A stretch of 64,000 bases of DNA from Octopus bimaculoides. Its lineage: Eukaryota. This document shows, one piece after another, positions 12,305 through 22,849 of this stretch; the stretch's first letter is position 1, and each line of letters opens with the position of its first letter. The notes beneath the pieces are model-generated. The model did not search any database and had not been told where the DNA came from. It saw only the letters and a list, made by a program, of their open reading frames with translations. Made by a program: the position numbers and the translations under genes. The stretch lies in contig NC_068987.1 in the NCBI RefSeq assembly GCF_001194135.2, positions 105,466,830 to 105,530,829 of the forward strand, given 5' to 3'.

Positions 12305-12770
12305 GGCGCAAGCGTGGCTGTGTGGTAAGAAGCTTGCTTCCCAGCCACATGGTTTCGGGTTCAGTCCCACTACGTGATACGTTCGGCAAGTGTCTTCTGC
12401 TATAGCCTCAGGCGTCCAAAATCTTGTGAGCGGAGTTCCTAGACAGAAACTGAGAGAAGCCCGTCATATATATATATATGCTTCTTACCACACATATACA
12501 TATATATATATATGCGTGTGTGTGTGTGTGTGTGTATGTATTTATGTGTGTGCGTTTATATGTTTGTGTTTTGCCCCCTTCCCCGCCATCGCTTGACAAT
12601 CGATATAAATCTGTTTACGTCCCCGTAACTTAGTGGTTCGGCAAAGAGGCCGATAGAATAGGTTCTAGGCTTACAAAAAATAAGTCTTGGGGTCGATTTG
12701 TTTAACTAAGAAAACACTTTAAGGCGGTGCTCCAGCATGGCCGCATTCAAATGACTGAAACAAAGAATAA
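12305..12770 (+). mobile_element. SINE family A, full length, with internal (TA)/(TG) spacer
   Basis: Head GGCGCAAGCGTGGCTGTGTGGTAAG...GGTTCAGTCCC (A/B-box-like), microsatellite spacer, 3' half ending GCATGGCCGCATTCAAATGACTGAAACAA. Confidence 0.9.
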
Positions 12771-12771
12771 T

Positions 12772-13112
12772 AAGATAGAGAAATAATTTTTCTTTTAATT
12801 CTCAAACGCGTGATAATGCTAATAAATAGCGTTAAATTGCAGAAAAATACGTTACCGGCCAGCCATGAGACTCGAACTCACATCCTTGTGATTACGCGTC
12901 AACGTTAGCGTCTTATGAAGCTAAATTCATAAGTTCTAAAATTGCTGAGGAATTCGTTACTGGGCAGTTTAGCTTAATGGTAAAGCACTTGACGCGTAAT
13001 CACAGGGATGTGAGTTCGAATCTTTTGCAATGTATGGATAATTTATCCTGATTACGTTATTTATTAGCATTATCACGCGCTTGAGAATTAAAAAAAAATA
13101 TTTCTCTATCTT
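12772..13112. mobile_element. Foldback of two divergent tRNA-Thr(CGT)-like heads, each followed by the same tail of about 60 bp
   Basis: Outer arms 12772-12832 and 13054-13112; inner arms 12872-12902 and 12989-13019; plus-strand head TAGCTTAATGGTAAAGC...TGA-CGCGTAA-TCA...GAGTTCGAATC. Confidence 0.7.
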
Positions 13113-13503
13113 TCAATACATCTCAACGCTTCTAAAACAAACTTTGTTTACATTCATCATGCTTGAGCCTGCATGGGCTCGTTTATGTGTATGCTTGTGC
13201 ATATATATATATACACACACACACACATACATACATACATAATAAATATATAGATACACATAAACATATATATCAGCCCAACGAGAAGGGTATTGAAATA
13301 ATAGTAACTTGGTACTCGATTAGCAAGAAATAGCAACCAAATATCTATTGAATCACTATCTGAAACGTTAATAATGTTGTTCTGGCTACACTGTATCTGA
13401 ATTAAAATACGTGATTGCCCCTGCTGGATCAACCTTGGTCACGGGTGCGGTTGATCCAAACAGAAGTAGTCTAAACAACTAGAGCAATAACTATAATTAC
13501 AAT

Positions 13504-13571
13504 TATATGCACCTCATAGAGCTTGTCGTAACTATAATTACAATTACGACAAGCTCTATGAGGTGCATATA
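13504..13571. repeat. Perfect 28-bp inverted repeat with a 12-nt loop
   Basis: TATATGCACCTCATAGAGCTTGTCGTAA (13504-13531) and its exact reverse complement (13544-13571). Confidence 0.95.
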
Positions 13572-13602
13572 TAAAAACTAGGTGCAGTTTTGATTATTTC
13601 TG

Positions 13603-13822
13603 AAGGCAGCGAGTTAGCAGAAATCTTAACATGCTGGGCGAAATGCTTAGCGGTATTTCGTCTGTCCTTATGTTCTGAGTCCAAATTCCGCCGAGGTCGA
13701 CTTTGCGTTTTCATCCTTCCAGGGTCGATAAATTAAGTACCAGCTGCGTATTGGGGCCGATCTAATCGACTGGCCTCCGTCGCCAAACATTTCTGGCCTT
13801 GTGCCTAGAGTTGAAAGGAATT
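13603..13822 (+). mobile_element. SINE family B, full length, tail type 2
   Basis: Same head, core and tail as 6936-7149. Confidence 0.9.
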
Positions 13823-13906
13823 TAGATTATTTCTTTCCGCTTCTCATGTTTCTTCCCTCTCTTTGTATTTTGTATGTATGTGTGTGTGTGTGTATATACA
13901 TATATG

Positions 13907-13964
<58 letters not shown>

Positions 13965-13971
<7 letters not shown>

Positions 13972-14565
13972 TCTTTTTTATTCTTTTGCTTGTTTCAGTC
14001 ATTTGACTGCGGCCATGCTGGAGCACCGCCTTTAGTCGGACACATCGACTCCAGGACTTTTTCTTTGTAAGCCTAGTACTTATTCTATCGGTCTCTCTTT
14101 AACCGAACCACCAAGTTTCAGGGACGCAAACACACCAACATTAGTTGTCAAGCGATGGTGGGGGGACAAACACCGACACACAAATACATACATACATATA
14201 TATATATACGGGCTTCAGACAGTTTCCTATTTCTTTATTGCCCACAAGGGACTAAACATAGAGGGGACGAACAAGGACAGACGAAGGGATTAAGTCGATT
14301 ACATCGACCCCAGTGCGTAACTGTTACTTAATTTACGAAGAACGTAACGGCAGACGAAATACCGCTAAGCATTTTGTCCAGCGTGCTAACGTTTCTGCCA
14401 GCTCGCCGCTTTAGACAGTTTCCGTCTACCAAATCCCCTCACGAGGCTTTGGACGGCCCGAGGCTATAGCAGAAGACACTTGTCCAAGGTACCACGCAGT
14501 GGGACTGAACCCAGAGCCAAGTGTTTGGGAAGCAGACTTCTAACCATCCAGCGACGCCTGCGCCT
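13965..14565 (-). mobile_element. SINE family A, full length, interrupted by a family B insertion
   Basis: 3' half about 13965-14190 and head about 14200-14565, split at a duplicated AGACAGTTTCC. Confidence 0.9.
14228..14412 (-). mobile_element. SINE family B (tail type 1, internal deletion) nested in family A, with 11-bp TSD
   Basis: TSD AGACAGTTTCC at 14217-14227 and 14413-14423. Confidence 0.9.
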
Positions 14566-15129
14566 ATATATATATATATATNNNNNNNNNNNNNNNNNNN
14601 NNNNNNNNNNNNNNNNNNNNNNNNNNNNNNNNNNNNNNNNNNNNNNNNNNNNNNNNNNNNNNNNNNNNNNNNNNNNNNNNNNNNNNNNNNNNNNNNNNNN
14701 NNNNNNNNNNNNNNNNNNNNNNNNNNNNNNNNNNNNNNNNNNNNNNNNNNNNNNNNNNNNNNNNNNNNNNNNNNNNNNNNNNNNNNNNNNNNNNNNNNNN
14801 NNNNNNNNNNNNNNNNNNNNNNNNNNNNNNNNNNNNNNNNNNNNNNNNNNNNNNNNNNNNNNNNNNNNNNNNNNNNNNNNNNNNNNNNNNNNNNNNNNNN
14901 NNNNNNNNNNNNNNNNNNNNACACACACACACACACACAAGTTTGAAGGTGAAACTGAATTGCTTCAAGTTTCCTTAACTGCTACTAAGTAATATACAGT
15001 CAACGACTATTGAAAAGGTTGCAAGACGCAAGGAAAATTTTAGAAAAAAAAAAGTAAATGACTGGAAACTTTACCGGTGAGTGTGTTAAACTATAAGGCA
15101 CGAAAAGAGAATGACCCTCCCCAGACACA

Positions 15130-15215
15130 ACAGAATATGCTTTAACACACGAACTCACATAAAGAATCTTGCAAACCAAATCCAAAAACGAAGTAATATA
15201 GATTTCTTCCAAATA
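15130..15215 (+). pseudogene. Possible LINE RT C-terminal relic
   Basis: Translates ICFNTRTHIKNLANQIQKRSNI; near-identical DNA at 21150-21210 is preceded by YLG. Confidence 0.3.
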
Positions 15216-16435
15216 ATGGTTCAATTGCAACGGACAGGTGTCCCGTCCCAGTGGGGAATCTATATGTCAATGAAGCCGGGAAACCAGCCCTTACGAGTCA
15301 GGAGTGGCACTAGGAGGAACAAACGACAGCAACAACAACAACAGTTCAACTATTTTAATTGAGCAGGTCTGCGATTGGGTCCAAAAAGTAGAACCGTAGC
15401 CATATCCAATTTTGGCTGAACTGCGTTCATAAATTAAAATGAATTGTCCAGGACGTAAGATTTTTAGAAAGAGTTATATCGGTCTTACTTGAGAATATAT
15501 TTAAAAGACATTCACACATAATCTGCTCTTTCATTTAGTTATCCATAAAAACTGAATGTGATCCCGTTGTCCAAATTTATCAGCACAATGAAGAATAGCA
15601 GCATTAATTATTTCAAGAACGACTGGTCATTTTTCGAAAAGGAATCTCTGTATATCAATGGATTAACAATACGTTTTTATGTTTATATGGAAAGTATACC
15701 TTGTATACTTGTATAGCGGCCATTGCCTTTAGAGAGAATAAACAAAAAAAACAACTCAAATCAGGTAATGTTGATTGACAAGAACTGAAAATCGGAGTCA
15801 GATTTTTCGATTTACTTTCTAAGATGCTGCTCATCTCTCTCTCTCTCTCACTCCCCCCTCTCTCTCTCCCTCCATCCCTCTCCCTTCTCCTTCTATACCA
15901 AATTATGTTAGAGTGCAGTATGTTTTTCCCAATTCACCTATATATATATATATAAACACACGCACAGACACACACGCGCACACACACACACACACACACA
16001 AATGCACACTCATATACACACGCTCATCCATCCATCTATCCATCCATACATACATACATACATACATCGCTCAACTGTTCAGCCAACGTCGATATGTTGG
16101 AAGGAATGAGTAATGTACAACACATACATTTGAACACTAAACGCTGTTTAGCAAGAAATTGCGGAATCGTCTTTCTCGAACTACGAGAGACTNNNNNNNN
16201 NNNNNNNNNNNNNNNNNNNNNNNNNNNNNNNNNNNNNNNNNNNNNNNNNNNNNNNNNNNNNNNNNNNNNNNNNNNNNNNNNNNNNNNNNNNNNNNNNNNN
16301 NNNNNNNNNNNNNNNNNNNNNNNNNNNNNNNNNNNNNNNNNNNNNNNNNNNNNNNNNNNNNNNNNNNNNNNNNNNNNNNNNNNNNNNNNNNNNNNNNNNN
16401 NNNNNNNNNNNNNNNNNNNNNNNNNNNNNNNNNNN

Positions 16436-16474
<39 letters not shown>

Positions 16475-16671
16475 CTCACACGCACAATCACGTTTTGTAT
16501 CATTTTGTCATTCTTTACACAATTTTTAAGCTTGTTTTTAATAATAAGATTACTTACCATACACCATTGGCAATCTCGTTTAAATCATGTACTGTCTCAC
16601 ACATTTACTTGTCTCTCATTATATTTTCTTTATCGAATCATTAACTTTCTCTACATTTAAATATTTAACCA

Positions 16672-16705
16672 TACTATTCAGAATATGTTTATATTCTGAA
16701 TAGTA
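16672..16705. repeat. Perfect 15-bp inverted repeat with a 4-nt loop
   Basis: TACTATTCAGAATAT-GTTT-ATATTCTGAATAGTA. Confidence 0.9.
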
Positions 16706-17605
16706 AGCACGTTATCATTTATTATGTTCCAAAATTTTTGATAATCGGAAATGTGAAACTTAAAGTAATAAAGAGTTCGAAGTCTTAGCTTGTAATTATA
16801 TAACAAGCATATATACTTTACTTCATGTATTGAGTGATGTTATTTCTGTTATTTGTAATTTCAGATGCACATACACATACATACGCATGAAAATACACGT
16901 ACGCACACAAATAAACATATTCTTATAATACTTATATACATATGTGGATATATATGCAAATATACACTCATGCACAAACACGCACACATGTATGATTTCA
17001 TGTATTTTTACTGAACGCCAACTTTATACCCTGTAACCACGATCGTCACCATAATCAATATTCAATTGAATCTAACGAAAATACACAATAGCTAGTAAGT
17101 GTGGGAATTGATTGCAGTACTTGCGAATCCGCATTTAGCCTTAGAAAACAATTTTTTTTTTACCTTTCTCTATTACTTGATATTGTTAGCGTTTACTGAA
17201 TATATAATTGCGTAATAGCAAGTGTCACTTGTTCTGTATCACTCCGGAAAACTGCATTTGCTAATATGTCTAGAGGAACTTTTTTTTTTTAACCAATTCA
17301 CCATTTTTACGGATGATACTCCTGCTAACCATCATTTCATTCATTTCACTGAATAAGTAATGTGGCACGACATACCTCCACCCTAATAACTCCCTCCCAT
17401 TCTTCCATCTACTTCCATATATGTTTTTTTCCTTCCTCCCATCTGTTATTACGTTTTTTAAATATCTTTATATCATCCTTATTGTCTTTTCATAATTTTT
17501 CGCAGTACTACTTATAAGCAATAACTAAAAAAAAAGTACAAAACAAAACAAAACAATCATGAAATTTATAACAGTAAGAAGTTATGACCAATGGTAGCAT
17601 AGACG

Positions 17606-17985
17606 GGAGGCGCAATGCCCCAGTGTTTAGGGCAGCGGACTCGCGGACATAGGATCGCGGTTTCGATTCCCAGACCAGGCATTGTGAGTGTTTATTGAGC
17701 GAAAACACCTAAAGCTCCACGAGGCTCCAGCAAGGGATGGTGGCGAACCCTGCTGTACTCTTTCACCACAACTTTCTCTCACTCTTTCTTCCTGTTTCTG
17801 TTGTACCTGTAATTCAAAGTGTCAGCCTTGTCACACAGTGTGTCACGCTGAATATCCCCGAGAACTACGTTAAGGGTACACGTGTCTGTGGAGTGCTCAG
17901 CCACTTGCACGTTAATTTCACGAGCAGGCTGTTCGTTGATCGGATCGACTGGAACCCTTGACGTCGTAAGCGACGGAGCGCCAAC
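17606..17985 (+). mobile_element. SINE family C (tRNA-derived, about 380 bp) with 10-bp TSD
   Basis: Head GGAGGCGCAATGCCCCAGTG...GGTTTCGATTCCC; TSD AGCATAGACG at 17596-17605 and 17986-17995; highly similar to 56373-56737. Confidence 0.92.
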
Positions 17986-18344
17986 AGCATAGACGAATCG
18001 CTACGATGTGTGGCGACATACTTTGTGTGAAGTTATAAAAGTGAAGTTGAGAAGAAAAGTAGAAATTTGCTGAAGAAGGAAATAATTTTGTTGATGTCCA
18101 TTCAAACATAGAGTCAGTAAAATCCCACAAAATATACCACAAAATCTTCCTCATGCTTACCTTAAACCTTCTTGTTGAGAAAGTTAAAGGAGCAACGAAG
18201 GAACGTAGGCTGGAAACTGAAAATAATTAAGGTTAACAATTCTGTATCTTTCTGGATATTAAATCGGGGTTGATGCTGATAAATATGTCAATAATGATGG
18301 CGGTAACATCGATAACGATAGGTAAAAGTCACGAATGTGGACTT

Positions 18345-18520
18345 CCAGGCTAGGAATCACCAAACAGACTTATGATCTAAGACTTCTAGTTGTGACAATT
18401 TTTGTCGGATGTTATATAGTATTATCCAATGAGTACTTCATTTTAAAAGTAAATAATGTGATTTGAGGGATATTAAGGGAAACTTGATTTCTATTTGTAG
18501 GAATGACAAACAGATTTCTT
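18345..18520 (+). repeat. Repeat family D, decayed
   Basis: CAGACTTATGATCTAAG...GTGATTTGAGGGATAT resembles 3700-3890. Confidence 0.5.
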
Positions 18521-18609
18521 GCGTGCTGACGCCTCTTTTGTCGTCCATGTATTCTGAGGTTAGTTAGGATGGGATGTCATGACGGAAGTATGCACCAGCT
18601 CTCTCTGTA

Positions 18610-18820
18610 TATCTTTTATCTTTTACTTGTTTCAGTCATTAGATCGCGGCCATGCTGGGACACCACCTTGAATTTTTAGTCGAAAGAATTGATCCTATCA
18701 CTTAATTTTCAAGCTTGGTACTTATTCGGTCGGCCTCTTTTGCCGAACCGTTAAGTTACGGGAATGTAAACCCCAACTACACCGGTTGTCAAGCGGTGGT
18801 GGGGAGACAAGCTCAGCCAG
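18610..18820 (-). mobile_element. SINE family A, 3' half
   Basis: TTTTACTTGTTTCAGTCATT...GCGGCCATGCTGG...TTTTGCCGAACCG...GGTTGTCAAGCG, running into (CA)n and a gap. Confidence 0.85.
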
Positions 18821-18822
18821 AA

Positions 18823-18893
<71 letters not shown>

Positions 18894-19193
18894 NNNNNNN
18901 NNNNNNNNNNNNNNNNNNNNNNNNNNNNNNNNNNNNNNNNNNNNNNNNNNNNNNNNNNNNNNNNNNNNNNNNNNNNNNNNNNNNNNNNNNNNNNNNNNNN
19001 NNNNNNNNNNNNNNNNNNNNNNNNNNNNNNNNNNNNNNNNNNNNNNNNNNNNNNNNNNNNNNNNNNNNNNNNNNNNNNNNNNNNNNNNNNNNNNNNNNNN
19101 NNNNNNNNNNNNNNNNNNNNNNNNNNNNNNNNNNNNNNNNNNNNNNNNNNNNNNNNNNNNTCTATAACTTGTTTCAGTCATTAGGCTGCGGCC

Positions 19194-19236
<43 letters not shown>

Positions 19237-20480
19237 TATACCTATGTATATAGATGCATATAGATGTATATGTATGTATGTGTATATATGTGCGCGCGCG
19301 CGTGTGTGTGTGCTTATATCATGCCCACACACGTAAGCACACAAGTACGCATATAAACATACAGACACACTCACACGCACATACACACACACATATGGCG
19401 TCTATGCAATCTACTGCAAGGAAGTCTACCACCCTCTGTGATATACATATTTAGCTTGGCCTAAATATTGATGGCGATAATATTTAGTTTCTCTTTTAAC
19501 GTTTCTGGAAGCATTCAATACAACGAGAACGATCAGGCTATCGTTCTGCTAATGTTGTTGTTGTAACACTTCTGTCCTACATGTAATTTGTTGGCAGGAA
19601 ACTTAAAAGCTCATCAATGAACAGTGATGAAATACTTGTCAATTATGCAGTGTATTTATCGCTCACAGCATTGCAGTACAATATTATATTTAATGCACAT
19701 ATTTTAGCCCGATGAAAAGCTTTGCTATAAATAATACTTTGGATCTTCTTTGTGCCATTTTTGTACGTCGTTACGTCCAAATGGTGACCAGAAGCCAGGA
19801 ACAAAAATCTAATGTATTTTGTGATGTGGTTGCTATGGGTTTTCGTTGTCGCCATCGTCGTTGTCGTTGTTGTTGTCATTGAATGCATGAAGCTCGTTGA
19901 ATGCGCCACTCTAAACATATTGTAATTTATTGATGTTTGACTTTGATCCACTCATGTCAATAAATAAAAGAATTAATGTTATGCAATCTAGAGTTGATGC
20001 AATACAATGAAACGCAAAGCAAGGAAATGCAATGCCGCAGTTCAAATTTTACTATTGTCAAGGACTGCTATCTCTACCAAACTGTCACCAAAAATAATCG
20101 ACAACATCTTGAAAGACGTCACAGCTTTTGATATTTTCAGGCAAAATGTCAGTCATCGCATCCCTCTCATATGCTCACACATGGGAAAAAACATCGCAGC
20201 ACTGCCAAACAAAACAGCCCCCCCCCCCAAAAAAATCTCAGCCAAACAGACAGAAAGAAATAACCGGAAAGAGGAATGATTCAATGTATATCATGTGCAC
20301 ACACACACACAAAAAAAAAAAAAATAGTAAAAAATTGATAGCTGCTGCCAACGCTGCCGCCACCACCACTACCACCACCACCAGCACCAACACCACCATC
20401 ACCTTTATTACCACTATTATTAGAGAAGAAAAGAGAGAAAGAAAGAGCAAGAAAAAGAGAAGGAGAAGAGAGATAGATAG

Positions 20481-20519
<39 letters not shown>

Positions 20520-20944
20520 AAAGCATTAATGAAAATCCCTTATAGAGTAAATCGAGAAATCTGGCTTCGATTCTCAGTTCTTGCCAATCAACATTACCTA
20601 ATTTGAGAATGTTCTTTCTTTTCAGGAAGCAATGGCTGCCATGCTATCTTGTACTTTAAGTAGTTAATCATGTTATGTTATTAATCCAATATTCAGGGAG
20701 TCCATCTGCTGACAGTACTCCTTGCTTTACCGGTTAGCCGTGCTGAGGCTATTGAAGAAGTGTGCAGATCGGAGAACGAGATTTGTTCTTGGTGCTCAAG
20801 GTGATCTTAGATCTGTGAGATTCCTCGGATGGCCATGGCTGGAGGTCCTCCAGTATCAGGGGGACTGCATTGGGATGACAGAGTTATCAGAGCTTCGGAC
20901 AAAATGATTTGCTCCGTTTCTGCCGACTGCTTATGTTTGGGCTA

Positions 20945-21030
20945 AAACGTCATCGAGGTCAACTTTGCCCTTCATTCCTCCAGAGTCGATAGAAGAAAGT
21001 ACCAGTGAAGTGGTGGTGGACCAGTGTAAT
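20945..21030 (+). mobile_element. SINE family B core fragment
   Basis: GAGGTCAACTTTGCCCTTCATTCCTCCAGAGTCGATAGAAGAAAGTACCAG. Confidence 0.65.
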
Positions 21031-21111
21031 CATCTATACATATATGCCACAGAATCTAGAAAACCGGCCTTACGAAACTATGGCTCGGAAAGGGCCTTTG
21101 TTCCGTTTTTA

Positions 21112-21141
<30 letters not shown>

Positions 21142-21142
<1 letters not shown>

Positions 21143-21210
21143 TCTTGTACTTGGGGATGGTCATCTGTTTCAACACACGATTTCACATAAAAAATCTTGC
21201 AAAACAAATA
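21142..21210 (+). pseudogene. Possible LINE RT relic (YLG motif region)
   Basis: FLYLGMVICFNTRFHIKNLAKQI resembles the post-RT YLG...F..HI..L segment of LINE proteins; flanked by (TA)n on both sides. Confidence 0.3.
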
Positions 21211-21354
21211 TATATATATATATATATATNNNNNNNNNNNNNNNNNNNNNNNNNNNNNNNNNNNNNNNNNNNNNNNNNNNNNNNNNNNNNNNNNNNNNNN
21301 NNNNNNNNNNNNNNNNNNNNNNNNNNNNNNNNNNNNNNNNNNNNNNNNNNNNNN

Positions 21355-21690
21355 CGGGTTCAGTCCCACTACGTGGCACCTTGGGCAAGTGTCTTCTATA
21401 ACCTCGGGCCGACCAAAGCCTTGTGAGTGGATTTGGTAGATGGAAACTGAAAGAAGCCCGTCGTATATATGTATATGCATGTTTGTGTGTCTGTGTTTGT
21501 CCCCCAACATCGCTTGACAATCGATGCTGGTGTGTTTACGTCCCCGTAACCTAGCGGTTCGCAAAAAGAAACCGATAGAATAAGTACTAGGCTTACAAAG
21601 AATAAGTCCTGGGGTCGATTTACTCGACTAAAGGCAGTGCTCCAGTATGGCCGCAGTGAAATGAGTGAAACAAGTAAAAGAGTAAAGAGT
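21355..21690 (+). mobile_element. SINE family A (5' end lies in the gap)
   Basis: GGGTTCAGTCCCACTACGTGGCACCTTGGGCAAGTGTC...GAAACAAGTAAAAGAG. Confidence 0.92.
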
Positions 21691-21726
21691 AATTCGCAAT
21701 TTTACAACCTAACGGCAGAAATATAT

Positions 21727-22052
21727 ACGTCACTAAAGTGATTAACGATAATAATTAGCACCAGTACTGCTGAAAATAAGAGTCGAAACAACTCAATAGC
21801 CACTGAAGTGCTATCTTAATGATTGACAAAGAAGGCATATATAGGCTGATCAGCGATGATTCTGCATTTTGATGTTCAAGTATCAGTGAATTTCATTGCA
21901 CCTAGGCGCGGTGTGGCTGTATCTGCTGCCGTGGGGAGCGTGTCTCTCTTGTCAGTCATTACGATAGTGCCCTCCGTGGCTATTGAGTTGTTTTGACTCT
22001 TATTTCTAGCGATACTGGTGCTGATTAGTGCCTTTTATCACTTTATTGACGT
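21727..22052. mobile_element. MITE-like element with imperfect terminal inverted repeats of about 108 bp
   Basis: 21727-21834 pairs with 21946-22052 (e.g. AATAAGAGTCGAAACAACTCAATAGCCAC vs GTGGCTATTGAGTTGTTTTGACTCTTATT). Confidence 0.7.
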
Positions 22053-22338
22053 GTGTGTGTGTGTTTGTACGTGCGTGTGCCTGCATGTGTGTGCGTATGT
22101 GCACATGTGTCTGTATATATGTATGTATAAATATTTATACGTATGCTTGTGTATATATATATGTATAATATAATGGAGAAAGCTTCTTATTAATTAGGTA
22201 TGTAACAATTACTAAAAGTACTAAAAGAAAGCAATAATAAAAGCTTGACCGTCTGGAAATATTTTTATGAATTCATGTTCTAAGAAATTGCCTATAATTT
22301 TGAATTCTGAAGTTTATTGAATTGTTTTAATTTTCGCA

Positions 22339-22449
22339 AATTTAAATGTTCATTGCATTCACTGCATCCAATTCTTCATGAATTTAAATATTCATTGCAT
22401 TCACTGCATCCAATTCTTCATGAATTTAAATATTCATTGCATTCACTGC
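22339..22449. repeat. 42-bp tandem repeat, about 2.6 copies
   Basis: Unit AATTTAAATATTCATTGCATTCACTGCATCCAATTCTTCATG. Confidence 0.95.
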
Positions 22450-22849
22450 GGAGTAGATTTTAATGTTTAATGATAGAGACTATTAATTCGTTGCAGGCAA
22501 CATTTTACGTTTTCATTTGCAACAGTCTCTCATTCTCGCTCGCCCCTATTTTCATTAATGATAATTTAATAATAGCTATATAACTTTGATACGAGACAAT
22601 TTCAAAAATATTATCAGGTAAATGAATATTTTTGATAAAATGAAAATTTTTTAATACACCAGTTTAATTTTTAAGTGATTTTGTTTTGAATGAATGCATG
22701 CAAAATAACTGTATAACTTGATATGAGGCACAATTTCAAGAATATTATCAGTTTCCGGAGTTTGTTAAATGAATATTTTTGATAAAATGAAAATTCTTTA
22801 ATGTGCCAGTATAACTTTTTTATTAATGAAGATGTGATTTTGTTGGTAT

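Noticed and set aside
12962-13030. Functional tRNA-Thr gene (likewise the tRNA-like heads at 17606, 56373 and 57190)
   Set aside because: Acceptor and T stems are broken or the 5' end is missing; interpreted as SINE or pseudogene heads.
13488-13496. TAACTATAA match to the start of a homing-endonuclease (I-CeuI) site
   Set aside because: Only 9 AT-rich bases match; the rest of the site is absent.
20612-20670. Acceptor-like TTCTTTCTTTTCAG followed by a short frame
   Set aside because: Frames close within about 14 codons and there is no convincing donor site.
22339-22449. CRISPR-like array
   Set aside because: Contiguous tandem units without unique spacers, in eukaryotic DNA with no cas genes.
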